DNA of 64,000 nucleotides. Origin: Fibrobacteria bacterium (GTDB taxonomy: Bacteria > Fibrobacterota > Fibrobacteria > UBA11236). The notes beneath the pieces were generated by a model. That model saw nothing but the letters and a program-made list of their open reading frames with translations. It did not search any database and had not been told where the DNA came from. Location: contig JBGTHM010000005.1 in assembly GCA_041746255.1 (NCBI GenBank), forward strand, positions 32,001-96,000, read 5' to 3'. Position 1 is the first letter of the stretch; every line of letters starts with the position of its first letter. Both the position numbers and the translations under genes were made by a program. Positions 1 through 10,666 of this stretch are shown here, in pieces.

Positions 1-178
1 TGAGAAAATGTCGGGACTTTTCCGTATGAATGTGGGAATGACCGTCTTCGTGCTGATGGTAAATCGAAACGCCATGAGGCAGAAACGTCCACAGGGCATA
101 GGCTAGGACCGCGATCCAGCCGGGAATCCGCCGGAAGGAGGGGTTGCGCAAAATACGGTTGAGGTTGGGTTTGGTCAT
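1..178 (-). CDS. His-rich hypothetical membrane/secreted protein (N-terminal part only; runs off the window edge)
   Basis: Not in the ORF track. Manual translation from ATG 178: MTKPNLNRILRNPSFRRIPGWIAVLAYALWTFLPHGVSIYHQHEDGHSHIHTEKSRHFL; hydrophobic segment followed by a His-rich tract. Confidence 0.6.
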   Translation of the reverse strand, partial: MTKPNLNRILRNPSFRRIPGWIAVLAYALWTFLPHGVSIYHQHEDGHSHIHTEKSRHFL

Positions 179-382
179 GGATTTTAAAAATATAGTCCAA
201 AATGGAGGGGTAGGCAGGACGTCTTTTGTCCGGAATTGTCAAGTGAAACCCGGGTATGGAATTTTTTTCACCGGTATAAAATAGGGTCGAAGGCAGGCGA
301 AAGGATTTTCGCCAATTATATTTTCCACCATGCAGGCTAGCCGGATCGCACCGTTCCCAAATCATTTCGCGCCGAGGCATGC

Positions 383-1027
383 ATGACTGATGCCTCCATA
401 CTGCTGGTAAGCGCAGCGTCCATCGCATTTACCCATACGTTACTGGGTCCCGATCATTACCTTCCTTTCATAGCCATGGCCAAAGCCCGGTCCTGGACCA
501 TGGGCAGAACGGCCCGCATCGCCTTTTATTGCGGCCTCGGACATGTTTTGGGATCGGTACTGCTGGGATTTTTAGGCATTGCGGCGGGTTGGTCGTTGGA
601 CGGCTTGGTTCAATTCGAATCGGAACGGGGATCCCTGGCGGCCTGGCTTCTCATCGGCTTCGGGTTATTCTATCTCGCCATCGGTTTGCGCCGCCTGTTA
701 TCCAAAAAAAACCTTAGGGCTTCGGATCCGCACGGTCGCCCGAAAATGAACACGCCCTTTTTCCTATTTCTCATATTCCTGTTAGGCCCTTGCGAACCGC
801 TGATTCCGCTGCTGCTCTACCCTGCTGCCGCCGCGAATACCGGTTTGGTTTTTCAAGTGGCTATTCTTTTTGGATTTGTGACTTTATGTACCATGCTGGT
901 AAGCGTACTGATCGGGTTGAGGGGGATCTCCCGCTTGCCCAATTTAAGAGCACGGCCTTACGCCCATGTACTGGCCGGGCTTACCATCTGCGTTTCGGGT
1001 TTGGCCATTCGTTACCTGGGATTGTAA
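383..1027 (+). CDS. Putative Ni/Co transporter (UreH/RcnA-like membrane protein)
   Basis: About 6 TM helices; HTLLGPDH motif in TM1, GLGH in TM2, PCEP motif later. Confidence 0.7.
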   Translation: MTDASILLVSAASIAFTHTLLGPDHYLPFIAMAKARSWTMGRTARIAFYCGLGHVLGSVLLGFLGIAAGWSLDGLVQFESERGSLAAWLLIGFGLFYLAIGLRRLLSKKNLRASDPHGRPKMNTPFFLFLIFLLGPCEPLIPLLLYPAAAANTGLVFQVAILFGFVTLCTMLVSVLIGLRGISRLPNLRARPYAHVLAGLTICVSGLAIRYLGL

Positions 1028-1030
1028 CCC

Positions 1031-2062
1031 TCACTCCGCCACGGTGTCGGCCTTATGCGCGCCCCGCTCTCCCATCGGCTTTTCCGGCCCCGTGGTACTG
1101 TCCTTGGAGGTTTGATGTTCCATTTCGGCATTGACCTCCGCACCCAATAAAATGATGAAGGAAGACAACAGCAGCCATAGCATCAAGATGACAACCGCGC
1201 CAACCGATCCGTAAACTTCATTGAAGTTACCGAAGTTGGATACATAAAAAGAAAAGGCGCCTGAACCTAAAAGCCATAGAAACGTGGCGATAGCCGAACC
1301 CGGGGTCACCCATTTCCATTTCGCATTTTCGCGAACCGGAGCATATCGGTATACCATCGAAAGCGCGAATAAAATGATACCCGCCAGAAAAACCCACCTG
1401 ATCGTGCGCAAGAAAAACTCTGCGGTTTCCGGTATGCCGACGAAGGCCATGGCGATGGGGAGCGCCACCACCAGCGCTGCGCTAATCAGCGCCAGCAGAA
1501 TTCCCCCGAAGGTGAACAATAAAGTGAGGGCGTTGAGTCGGACAAAGCTTCTAGCGTTTGACTCCTGGTAGGCGATATTCAACCCTTCGAAAAGCGCGCG
1601 CGTTCCTTTATTGGCGGCCCAAATTCCGAGTACAATTCCAAATGCCACGGCCCATCCCAGGTTGCCACCGGCTTGGTTTACAAAAGCCGAAAGTTGTTGC
1701 CCGATTACCTGCTGGGCTTCTTGCGGAAGGACACCCGCCAGGGCGGCGATATGTTCTTCAACCGTGGCGGGGTCCACTGCCAGGGCATAAATCGAAACTC
1801 CGGCAGCTATCGCGGGAAAAATGGAAAGGAACGCGTAAAAGGCCACACCCGCCGCTATGGCGGTTATATGATCCTCGCCGATACGGTTTTTAACCCGAAG
1901 GAAAATTTCCTTCCAACCCCTAAGAGGTATCTGGATCGGATTTATGGCGTCCTTACCACGTTCGTCTTGAGCCTTACGCGCAACCGGCCTGGCCGAACCG
2001 CCGCTGCGCCGAGGATCACCGGCTTTCCTGTCGTCCTGTTTTTTACGCTCTTTTTCGGCCAT
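1031..2062 (-). CDS. YihY/virulence factor BrkB family membrane protein
   Basis: AAGVAFYAFLSIFP, LNIAY, YRYAP, YGSVGAVVILMLWL...GAEVNAE motifs; ATG 2062 has a GGAGG RBS. Confidence 0.9.
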   Translation of the reverse strand: MAEKERKKQDDRKAGDPRRSGGSARPVARKAQDERGKDAINPIQIPLRGWKEIFLRVKNRIGEDHITAIAAGVAFYAFLSIFPAIAAGVSIYALAVDPATVEEHIAALAGVLPQEAQQVIGQQLSAFVNQAGGNLGWAVAFGIVLGIWAANKGTRALFEGLNIAYQESNARSFVRLNALTLLFTFGGILLALISAALVVALPIAMAFVGIPETAEFFLRTIRWVFLAGIILFALSMVYRYAPVRENAKWKWVTPGSAIATFLWLLGSGAFSFYVSNFGNFNEVYGSVGAVVILMLWLLLSSFIILLGAEVNAEMEHQTSKDSTTGPEKPMGERGAHKADTVAE

Positions 2063-2174
2063 CAAGCCTCCTTGGCATAAACCTTTAACGGGAAAATGCC
2101 TTTTTGGAGGCCCGAGGGCCAAGGAATTATCAGCTATTTCAATGGCGAATTCGGAAGCAGTTTTAGGGTACAGC

Positions 2175-3254
2175 CTACTTCACTACCGGGACCAATCGGG
2201 TGAATTGATAATCACCCACACTAAGCTTGACCGTATAGACCCCCGACCGGGTAACCGGAAAGGAAAAAGGGGCGGCATCTTTTATGTCCATCGAATTGAT
2301 CGCTTTTCCCCGGGAATCATATACCGTCACTTGATATCGCCCGGGTTCCAGAGTGGCGCCACTGATGGCCGCTGGAGTGGATGTCAAAGAAAAATATCGG
2401 TCGGCAAAAACCCGGGCTTGGCCCGGCTTTCCCACCTGGATATCCGTTACGGCGGGTTCACCGCATACTCCCGTTTGGGGCGCCCGGCCACCGGCCCATT
2501 CCAGCGCCCGCCAGATATGTTCGCTCACGTCGGGGTGGGTAAAGTCCGTGGAGTCATGGCCGAGGGAAGAATAAAATGCGCGCGCACCCTCGTAATATTG
2601 GCACCAGCTTACGGGCAGATCCTCTTCCAGCGGTTCGCCGGCTCCGGCGGTTCCCTTTTGTATGGATACCAGCAAGGTGACCGGAGTATTTTTGGGGAAC
2701 ACCGGGAAGTGAAACCATTCTGTTACATGCGTAACGAATTTTTCCGGAGCGTTCTGGGTGGAATAATGATTTCTTTCATCCACTCTTAAAACCGCCGAAG
2801 CATTCGGATTGGGATGAGCGCCTCCGACATCCTGGTTGGCCGTGATGCCGGCGAGGAAAGCCCATCGGTTGGTTCTTGCGGCCGCCGCCACCGCGTGAAG
2901 GCCCACATAACCTTTACCCGACCTCATGAACTTTTCCACGGAAGCCCGCTGGGCGTCGGTTTCGAAGATTTTTTGGGTGCAGCAAACATTGTCGAAAAGT
3001 ATGACGTCGAATTTTTCCAGATTTTTATCGGTGAAGTAAGCCGGGTCTTCGGTATGGGCAACAAACCAGTCTCTTGATTTTTTGACCGAATCCAAAGATT
3101 TGATCGCCTGCGCTTTGGCAAACCGATGGGAGGACTGTCCAGGCACCGTGTAGTAATAGTGAAGTATATTCAGGGTTTGCGTCATACCCATGCTTACCGA
3201 AAGGAATGAGATGACCAACGCTAAACCGACTGAGTCGAGCATTCTTTGTTTCAT
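2175..3254 (-). CDS. Secreted ThuA-like (class I GATase-fold) protein with T9SS-like C-terminal domain
   Basis: Signal peptide; FDVILF, GKGYVGLH, EWF, ARAFYSSLGH motifs; C-terminus VYDSRGK...SGVYTVKL. Confidence 0.8.
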   Translation of the reverse strand: MKQRMLDSVGLALVISFLSVSMGMTQTLNILHYYYTVPGQSSHRFAKAQAIKSLDSVKKSRDWFVAHTEDPAYFTDKNLEKFDVILFDNVCCTQKIFETDAQRASVEKFMRSGKGYVGLHAVAAAARTNRWAFLAGITANQDVGGAHPNPNASAVLRVDERNHYSTQNAPEKFVTHVTEWFHFPVFPKNTPVTLLVSIQKGTAGAGEPLEEDLPVSWCQYYEGARAFYSSLGHDSTDFTHPDVSEHIWRALEWAGGRAPQTGVCGEPAVTDIQVGKPGQARVFADRYFSLTSTPAAISGATLEPGRYQVTVYDSRGKAINSMDIKDAAPFSFPVTRSGVYTVKLSVGDYQFTRLVPVVK

Positions 3255-3663
3255 GAATTCCCCTAAATATTGAACTCTCGGAAATTACCGAATCGTCGTG
3301 GCTAAGTTCTTTAGGAAAAATATACCTCGGGAAATTGCTTTGTCGTGCCTATTCTTCACGATTATACCCTGCTAGAAGGTTTCCAAGGGCCCTATCTAAC
3401 TGGATTCCGTTAGCTTCCCATTCGTTGTTTTTTAGAGAATACAGATTCTTCGTGGCACTCAAGACCACACGCTGATTAAGTATGGATTCGGTAATATTTT
3501 AACATCGTGGGATTATTTGCAAAAGGCGGGATCACCCGGAGCTTGAGAGTTTATCCCTTCATCATAATTTATGTCACTTTCAATAAAATTATTTCTTCGC
3601 ACTAAAGTACAGCCGGCGTCTAAATTTTTTCCAGCATTTGCTCTCCTTTCAGAAAGGTTCCCC

Positions 3664-5448
3664 ATGAAGGTCCTAACCAAAGTGGTCATTTCCATGATTA
3701 TGGCATCTTCCTTTCTGTTCGCCCAGGATACCTGGCTGGATAACGGTACTTTCAACCATCAATCCCATTTCAATAAAATGCCTGATGAGCCGCCGGCGGC
3801 CAATCCGACAAAACCAGATCTGCATCCGGGATTCGACGCACAAATCGCTCATCCTAAAGGCAGAAACTGGAGGGTCAGCGGACTGGATTATCTGAAAGAT
3901 GGACGCATGGTTTTGGGTGAATGGGCGCTCGCAAACGCAAAGATTTACTTGATCGTTGGCGCTGACGGCGACCCCGAAAAAATGCAAATAACAGAGATTG
4001 CTACCGGTATAACCAATCTTTTCGGGGTAAAAGTGGTTGACGGTGAGATTTATTACGTAGAACGATCGGGGCTCTACAAATTGACCCCCACTGGCGGAAA
4101 CAATTGGGGGAAAAAACTTGTTTCCGCCCAACCCGTGCCCGTGAGAACGGATTTGGGACCGGGAAATTTCCCCTTTACCAACGGCATCGCTTGGGATGGA
4201 ACCTATTTTTATTACGCGATTTCCGGATATAAAAACTATAACTTTCCCAATAATGACGGCACCGTAGTGAGGGTATCCAAGGCAACCGGAGTTTCGGAAG
4301 TCTACGCGACGGGAGTCCGTAATTCGAATGGCATGGGCGTAAACGCCGCGGGAGAACTCTTTATAACGGACAACCAGGGTACCTGGCGGCACTCGAACCC
4401 GATATACCATATCACCCAGGGCGTTTTTTGCGGTTGGCCCCGATTGTCCCAGGTAGAGGGAAATGAATCGGGCCACATGACGGAATTTACTCCCCGGCCA
4501 CCGGAAGAATCCATCCAGCACCCCGCCATCCACATTCCCTATAGGTTTGGGAGATCTCTGACCGACATGCAACTTTTGGATAAGCCTCCCTTTAAGGATC
4601 AATTTTTAATTGGGGACATCACCACCGGTCGTGTCCATAGAGTGGATTTACAGAAGGTCAAGGGCGTGTATCAAGGCGCATCTTTTCTCTTCAGCGGAGT
4701 CCTGGAAGCGGGAATTCAGTCCTTCACCGTGGGTTCGGACGGCAGTATTTACGGAGGAGGTCTCGGACTGGGCGACAAAACCTGGGCTTTTGAGCGTCGC
4801 ACCACCGCCATGATGAAATGGAAGCGAAACTCGAAAAGTCTGAATGACATCCACACGATACACTCCAACAGTAAGGGATTCGACGTGGTCTTCACCGAAC
4901 CACTTACCGCGGGGGCCGCCAACCCCGAAAATTTTTGGGCTGAATCCTATCACTATACCTTCACCAAATCGTATTTCGGTGATAGACAAAATGTAACGAA
5001 AGTTAAAATTACCGGAGTCCAGGTTTCCGAGGACAGAAAAACGGTGGCGCTTACCCTTGAGGGTCTCAAGGCCGGCCTGATTTATCGCTTCGCGTTTTCA
5101 CCGAACCTCAAATTTCAAAATGGGAGCTCGCCCTGGCATACCCAAGCCTGGTACACCTTGAATGTTATCAGCGACGCGACCCCCCTGAATCCGACTTCCG
5201 TGACAGGCTCACCTGCGAAAAACCCCGGCTTAGCTTACCAGATTCAGGACAATATGCTCATGCTTGGACTTAAAGCAGACGGTCCGTTTCAAATCCGAGT
5301 GCTGGCTCCCAACGGACGGGTCGTGGCGGAGGAAAGCGGTATGCAGGCCCGTAACATTCAAGTTATGCTCACACAACCGGGAGTGTATATCCTCCAGGCC
5401 ACTCAAAATAACCACACTCATACCCTCAGGATTCCGCATCTAAAATAA
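3664..5448 (+). CDS. Secreted beta-propeller protein (glucose/sorbosone dehydrogenase-like) with Ig-like and T9SS-like C-terminal domains
   Basis: Signal peptide; YATGVRNSNGMG...FITDNQGTW motif; VSEDRKTVALTLEGL; C-terminus APNGR...PGVYILQ. Start moved to ATG 3664 after AAAGG. Confidence 0.7.
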   Translation: MKVLTKVVISMIMASSFLFAQDTWLDNGTFNHQSHFNKMPDEPPAANPTKPDLHPGFDAQIAHPKGRNWRVSGLDYLKDGRMVLGEWALANAKIYLIVGADGDPEKMQITEIATGITNLFGVKVVDGEIYYVERSGLYKLTPTGGNNWGKKLVSAQPVPVRTDLGPGNFPFTNGIAWDGTYFYYAISGYKNYNFPNNDGTVVRVSKATGVSEVYATGVRNSNGMGVNAAGELFITDNQGTWRHSNPIYHITQGVFCGWPRLSQVEGNESGHMTEFTPRPPEESIQHPAIHIPYRFGRSLTDMQLLDKPPFKDQFLIGDITTGRVHRVDLQKVKGVYQGASFLFSGVLEAGIQSFTVGSDGSIYGGGLGLGDKTWAFERRTTAMMKWKRNSKSLNDIHTIHSNSKGFDVVFTEPLTAGAANPENFWAESYHYTFTKSYFGDRQNVTKVKITGVQVSEDRKTVALTLEGLKAGLIYRFAFSPNLKFQNGSSPWHTQAWYTLNVISDATPLNPTSVTGSPAKNPGLAYQIQDNMLMLGLKADGPFQIRVLAPNGRVVAEESGMQARNIQVMLTQPGVYILQATQNNHTHTLRIPHLK

Positions 5449-5498
5449 GCGGAATGAATGCTTTCCCACTAAGGGGAAGGCGCGGTACCGAACAGGGA

Positions 5499-8400
5499 TT
5501 AGGCGCCTACAACCTGCTTCCGCCGGCGGGGCGCCTTGGCCGGAACTGTCTGCAAGCCCACGGCGACGTTCCGGCGTTTTTCTTCGAGCAGGAGCTTCTT
5601 GAGCCATTTTCCCGTATAGGATTGGGAGGACGCCGCGACTTCGGCGACAGTACCCGTGGCGATGATTTCTCCTCCACCTTCCCCGCCTTCCGGGCCCAAA
5701 TCGACAATCCAATCGGAGTTCTTGATGATGTCGAGGTTGTGTTCGATCACGAGGACGGTATTGCCTTGGGCCACCAGGGAATGCAAAACCACCAGCAGTT
5801 TACGCACGTCTTCGAAGTGAAGGCCCGTGGAAGGCTCGTCCAGGATGTAGAATGAGCGGCCGGTGGAGCGACGCGACAATTCACTGGCCAGCTTCATGCG
5901 CTGGGCTTCACCACCGGAAAGCGTGGTGGCCGATTGGCCCAATTTGATATAGCCCAGCCCCACTTCCATCAGGGTTTGCAATTTGGCGCGGAGCGCGGGA
6001 AGGTTTTCGAAAAAGCGCAAGGCTTCTTCAATAGTCATATTGAGAACGTCGGCAATATTCTTGCCCTTGTAGTCGATTTGCAAAGTATCGCGATTATAGC
6101 GCTTGCCTTTGCACACTTCGCATGTCACGTAAACGTCGGGAAGAAATTGCATTTCGATGCGGATAAGGCCGTCTCCCTGGCAATTTTCGCAGCGCCCGCC
6201 TTTCACGTTGAAGCTGAAGCGGCCGGGTTTATATCCCCGGATTTTGGCTTCGTGGGTAAGAGTGAAAAGGTTACGGATTTCCGTGAACAGTCCGGTATAG
6301 GTGGCCGGGTTGGAGCGGGGCGTGCGTCCTATGGGAGATTGATCGATCACAATGACCTTGTCAAGTTGATCCAATCCCTTGATACTTTTGTAACTACCGG
6401 GCTTTTGCTTGCTTCCATTGATTTCCCGGGAAAGGATGCGGGAAAGCACGTCGTTCACTAACGACGATTTACCGCTGCCCGAAACTCCGGTTACGCAAAC
6501 GAATTTTCCCAAGGGAAATTCCACGTCCACGTTTTTCAAATTGTTATGGGTTACTCCCGTCAGCTTGAGGGTGCCTTCGGATCGTGCTTCGGTTTCCCGG
6601 CGTTTCAAGTTGAGTAAATCGCCGGTAATGCTCTCGCGGTCGATGCGGCGTTTCCCGCTCAAAAAGGCGCCGGTATCGCTATTGCCCGAAGCCAACAATT
6701 CATCCGGGGTTCCGGAGAAAATCACTCGGCCCCCATGCTCTCCCGCGCCGGGTCCGATGTCGATGACATAATCGGCGGTGCATATGGTGTCGGCGTCATG
6801 CTCCACCACAAGTACGGTATTGCCCAGATCGCGCAGCCTTTTCAGGGTTTTGAGCAGCCTGTCATTGTCGCGCTGATGCAGGCCTATGGAGGGTTCGTCC
6901 AGCACGTAGAGAACACCGGAAAGTCCCGTACCGATTTGCGAGGCGAGCCGGATTCGCTGCGATTCCCCGCCGGAAAGAGTGCGCGCGGAACGGGTGAGGG
7001 AGAGATAATTAAGGCCCACGCTTACCAGAAAAGTGAGTCTGCTTAAAATCTCTTTGAACACCTGCTTGGCGATGGCCCGCTCCTGCTCGGAAAGGTCGTC
7101 GTCCTTCCATCCGATGGGATCCACCTTGAAAAACAAATGCAGGCTGGAGCGGATTTCCAAGGGCGCGGGCTCGGAATCCTGCAACGCTTTGCACCAATCA
7201 TAGGCGTTTTGAATGGACATGTTGCCGATGTCCATGATATTGAGGCCGCGAATGGTAACCGCCGCGGTTTCATGCTTCAGGCGCAGGCCTTTGCAGGTGC
7301 CGCAGGGTTTCTCATCCATATACTCCTCGATATCGCGGCGGACGAAATCGGAGTCGGTTTGCTCATAGCGACGCAGCATGCTGGTAACGATGCCTTCGAA
7401 CTTCGCGTTCCAGGTATTGCGCGCGCCCCCACCTCCTGCGGGCTCATAGCGTACGGCGTATTTCGTTTCACCCGTGCCGTTAAGCAATATCTCCAAATGT
7501 TTTTTGGAAAAGGTTTTGATTTTGGCGTCGAGGGAAAACTTCTCCTGCTTGGCGACATGCCTCAGAATCTGCATATACCAGGAATCGGAATTGTCGGCCA
7601 TGCGGGCCCAGGGTAGGATGCCGCCTTCGTTGATGGAAAGTTCCATGTCGAGAACGGATTTGGCGTCGATTTCCTTGATGAATCCCAAGCCATTGCAGTT
7701 GGGACAAGCGCCATGGGGCGAATTAAAGGAGAAAGTATGCGGTTCGATTTCGGGAAAGGAGATGCCGGTAGCGGGGTCGACCAAACGCTCCGAATAGAAA
7801 ATGTCCTCTTTGGAGTCGACCAAGTTGACCAGCAATTCGCGTTCGCCATGCGACAAAGTCAGCTCTACCGAATCGGTAATACGTTTGAGCAGCTCGGCAT
7901 TCTCCCGCGAATCGCGCCGGATGACCAGACGATCCACCACCAATTCGATATTATGCTTTACATAGCGATCGAGTTTGATTTTCTCTTCGAGCTGGTAGAC
8001 TTCTCCGTCGACTCGGGCCCGCACGAAACCCTGGGCGAGGTAGCGCGCGAATAGCTCTTCGTAGGTTCCCTTGCGGTCTTTGACCAAAGGCGCGAGCAGG
8101 ATGATTTTGATATTCTCCTGTTTCCGCTCGGTGGGAAGCGACAAGATGGCGTCGACGATTTCCTGCACGGTTTGGCTGCGCAAGCGCTTTCCCGTTACGG
8201 GGCTGCGGGGATGGCCCACGCGCGCGTAGAGAAGGCGCATGTAGTCGTAGATTTCCGTAATGGTGCCGACGGTGGAACGGGGGTTGTGCCCCGCCGATTT
8301 CTGATCGATGGAGATGGCGGGAGACAAACCTTCGATGAGGTCGACATCCGGCTTTTCCATCAACCCGAGAAATTGCCGGGCATAGGCGGAAAGCGACTCG

Positions 8401-8567
8401 ACATAGCGGCGCTGTCCCTCGGCGTAAATGGTGTCGAAGGCTAAGGAAGATTTACCCGACCCCGAAAGCCCGGTAATGACCACCAGCTTATTCTTGGGGA
8501 TATCGACATTCACATTTTTCAGATTGTGGGCGCGAGCCCCTCTAACGCGTATGGTGTTGTCAGCCAT
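5499..8567 (-). CDS. uvrA: Excinuclease ABC subunit A
   Basis: GARAHNLKN, two Walker A motifs ([18 protein letters not shown]), LSGGE signatures, [10 protein letters not shown] zinc finger. Confidence 0.99.
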   Translation of the reverse strand: MADNTIRVRGARAHNLKNVNVDIPKNKLVVITGLSGSGKSSLAFDTIYAEGQRRYVESLSAYARQFLGLMEKPDVDLIEGLSPAISIDQKSAGHNPRSTVGTITEIYDYMRLLYARVGHPRSPVTGKRLRSQTVQEIVDAILSLPTERKQENIKIILLAPLVKDRKGTYEELFARYLAQGFVRARVDGEVYQLEEKIKLDRYVKHNIELVVDRLVIRRDSRENAELLKRITDSVELTLSHGERELLVNLVDSKEDIFYSERLVDPATGISFPEIEPHTFSFNSPHGACPNCNGLGFIKEIDAKSVLDMELSINEGGILPWARMADNSDSWYMQILRHVAKQEKFSLDAKIKTFSKKHLEILLNGTGETKYAVRYEPAGGGGARNTWNAKFEGIVTSMLRRYEQTDSDFVRRDIEEYMDEKPCGTCKGLRLKHETAAVTIRGLNIMDIGNMSIQNAYDWCKALQDSEPAPLEIRSSLHLFFKVDPIGWKDDDLSEQERAIAKQVFKEILSRLTFLVSVGLNYLSLTRSARTLSGGESQRIRLASQIGTGLSGVLYVLDEPSIGLHQRDNDRLLKTLKRLRDLGNTVLVVEHDADTICTADYVIDIGPGAGEHGGRVIFSGTPDELLASGNSDTGAFLSGKRRIDRESITGDLLNLKRRETEARSEGTLKLTGVTHNNLKNVDVEFPLGKFVCVTGVSGSGKSSLVNDVLSRILSREINGSKQKPGSYKSIKGLDQLDKVIVIDQSPIGRTPRSNPATYTGLFTEIRNLFTLTHEAKIRGYKPGRFSFNVKGGRCENCQGDGLIRIEMQFLPDVYVTCEVCKGKRYNRDTLQIDYKGKNIADVLNMTIEEALRFFENLPALRAKLQTLMEVGLGYIKLGQSATTLSGGEAQRMKLASELSRRSTGRSFYILDEPSTGLHFEDVRKLLVVLHSLVAQGNTVLVIEHNLDIIKNSDWIVDLGPEGGEGGGEIIATGTVAEVAASSQSYTGKWLKKLLLEEKRRNVAVGLQTVPAKAPRRRKQVVGA

Positions 8568-8599
8568 GGATTTGCAGTCTTTGGATTGGGGGAATTAGA

Positions 8600-8613
8600 T
8601 GATAATTTGTGCA
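8600..8613. promoter_or_regulatory. Possible degenerate LexA box upstream of uvrA
   Basis: TGATA-ATTT-GTGCA, 33-46 nt upstream of uvrA. One perfect half-site of the TGCNC-N4-GTGCA motif I recall for Fibrobacter LexA; two mismatches in the other half. Confidence 0.3.
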
Positions 8614-8722
8614 GGTAAAATAGGAAGTTAGCGAAAGGCTGGCAATGCGGAGAACCGCCTGGGGGGCGGCGGTTCCGCTCAGCGGTGGCAAACACCGGTA
8701 CGGAATCGAAATATCCCGGTAT

Positions 8723-9400
8723 TTAAAAGAGTACGCCCAGACGAGCGGCATATACTACGGGATTACCGAGGCCCTCGCCCGCATTGGCCAGAAGTACGTT
8801 GGTTTTACCTTCGATGTTCATTTGCGTGGAGGATGTCCGGAAAAGCAGCGCCCCTATGGAGGCTCCTAAATTAAAGCCGAATGCGTCGTCCCGGTCGGGG
8901 CCATTTCCATAGCCGAATCCCAATCCACCCCCGACATAGGGTGAAATATCGGTATTCATGGCATAAAAATTCGCGCCCAAATTCATGTCTACCATTAGGG
9001 AGTTATCGAAATTCGAAGTAACTTCTCCAAGGGTTTTAATCGCCGCGAAAGGATTAACTTCCCACAAATGGCCAGCAAAGAAATTATAGGCTAGCCCGTC
9101 CGCCATATTATGCATCGAAGCGGGCCCGAACCCCGCCGTGCTGAATCTCTTGGATTCCTTTCGAACCCGGATATCATCCCTTTTGACCGGATCGATTTCG
9201 CCCACCCGGTCTCCTTCCGCATACGGATCTGCCTTAGGAACGGTATCCGCCGGAACGGCTGCTTGAGTCGTATCGGTTTGCTGCCTGTTGTTCTCTTCAG
9301 AATTATCGATATAAATGTTATCCGCCAACAATGGGGCTGCGGTAAGCGCCAAGGCAAAGAACGACGGTGTGATAAGCCGGAAAAGGTTATTGCTCGTCAT
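8723..9400 (-). CDS. Hypothetical outer-membrane beta-barrel protein
   Basis: Signal peptide; amphipathic strands (SPYVGGGLGFGY); C-terminal YAARLGVLF; GGAGG RBS. Confidence 0.7.
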   Translation of the reverse strand: MTSNNLFRLITPSFFALALTAAPLLADNIYIDNSEENNRQQTDTTQAAVPADTVPKADPYAEGDRVGEIDPVKRDDIRVRKESKRFSTAGFGPASMHNMADGLAYNFFAGHLWEVNPFAAIKTLGEVTSNFDNSLMVDMNLGANFYAMNTDISPYVGGGLGFGYGNGPDRDDAFGFNLGASIGALLFRTSSTQMNIEGKTNVLLANAGEGLGNPVVYAARLGVLF

Positions 9401-9483
9401 GAAAGCCCTCCTTTGTTACACCTGCTTATTAATCAAATTCTGAAATTGCGGAGGGCAAATGATATTTTTCCGGTTACCCGCAC

Positions 9484-10542
9484 TTACTTACAAGCGGGCA
9501 TTCCCCAAAGTAGCAGGGAAATCCCCTCCTTTTCCAGAAGTTTTCCGCATAATTCCCCATCCCTTTCCAATACCCACAACACAGCCGCACCCTTTTCCCG
9601 GGCCAGATGCTTTCCCTTTTCAGGACCCAAGACGAACAGCGCCGTGGATAAGGCGTCCGAGAGAATTCCTTCCCGTGTAATTACCGTTACCGAAACCGTT
9701 CCATAAACCGGTTTTCCGGTAGCGGGATCGAAAAGATGGTGATAGCGCTTGCCGTTTTTTTTGAAATACCGTTCATAATTCCCCGAAGTGGAAATAGCCA
9801 TTCCACCTTTTTTAGAAACGGTCGCGCAAATGGAATCGGCATGTGCGGGATGACGGATACCCAATTTCCAGCCTCCGGGTTTTTCACCACCCGCGAGCAT
9901 GTCTCCTCCGGCCTTGAGCAGGTGAAGCGAAAGTCCCAACGAATCCAGCATACGGTGCATGCGATCGACGGTATACCCTTTGGCGATGCCTCCCAAATCC
10001 AGGAGTAAGTCGTGCTGTTGCAAAACCACGCGGTCCTTACCGATTAAACGGAGCGGAAGATTATTCGAGGGGAGCTTTTCATCGACCCCCTTTTTTCGCA
10101 TGGGCAGTGCGGCGCGGATTTCTTTCTCGCCGGGGACTTTGGGAGTCTCACCACTTCCGAGGCCGTAGGATTTTTTAAGCGCATGTAACCCGATATCGAA
10201 AGCGCCTCCGCTCTCACTTTGCATGCGCAAAGCCGCTGCTAAAACAAAATAAAGTTCCGCGGATACCCTGACCGTGTCTCCAACCGCACCCCGCACATGC
10301 GAAAGTTCAGAATTGGGATCGTAATCGCTAAAAACGGCATTGAGGCGCTGTGATTCCCGCTCCATCAGCAGCGCGACCGAATCCGAGGGAAGAGCGCCCT
10401 CGCCATAGAGAGCCACCGAGAAATCGGAATCCATCGCCGACCATTGATAATGGAGGGGAGTCGTCGCCTGACCGAAAAGATTGAAGGCGCAAAAAGGCAA
10501 AAGGGTTGAGAATTGCTTTAATCGGAAGCGATACCTGACCAT
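9484..10542 (-). CDS. apbE: FAD:protein FMN transferase
   Basis: FSDYDPNSELS, GAFDI, LDLGGIAKGY, GGDM, ISTSGNYE, YHHLFDP, SDALSTALF. Confidence 0.95.
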   Translation of the reverse strand: MVRYRFRLKQFSTLLPFCAFNLFGQATTPLHYQWSAMDSDFSVALYGEGALPSDSVALLMERESQRLNAVFSDYDPNSELSHVRGAVGDTVRVSAELYFVLAAALRMQSESGGAFDIGLHALKKSYGLGSGETPKVPGEKEIRAALPMRKKGVDEKLPSNNLPLRLIGKDRVVLQQHDLLLDLGGIAKGYTVDRMHRMLDSLGLSLHLLKAGGDMLAGGEKPGGWKLGIRHPAHADSICATVSKKGGMAISTSGNYERYFKKNGKRYHHLFDPATGKPVYGTVSVTVITREGILSDALSTALFVLGPEKGKHLAREKGAAVLWVLERDGELCGKLLEKEGISLLLWGMPACK

Positions 10543-10666
10543 CCGTCCAAAATAGTAAGGCTAGGGAATTTCCACCCTGCGATAAATTTTCTAACTCCCC
10601 AATGCTACGAAGAACCTAATGAAAACCCCATGCAACAGGCAATTCTGCAAATTTTTCGGAAAAAAT

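Noticed and set aside
2350..2372. AAISGAT in the ThuA-like protein as an ApbE flavinylation site
   Set aside because: Lacks the Asp of DxxSGAT and lies in the presumed sorting tail; probably chance.
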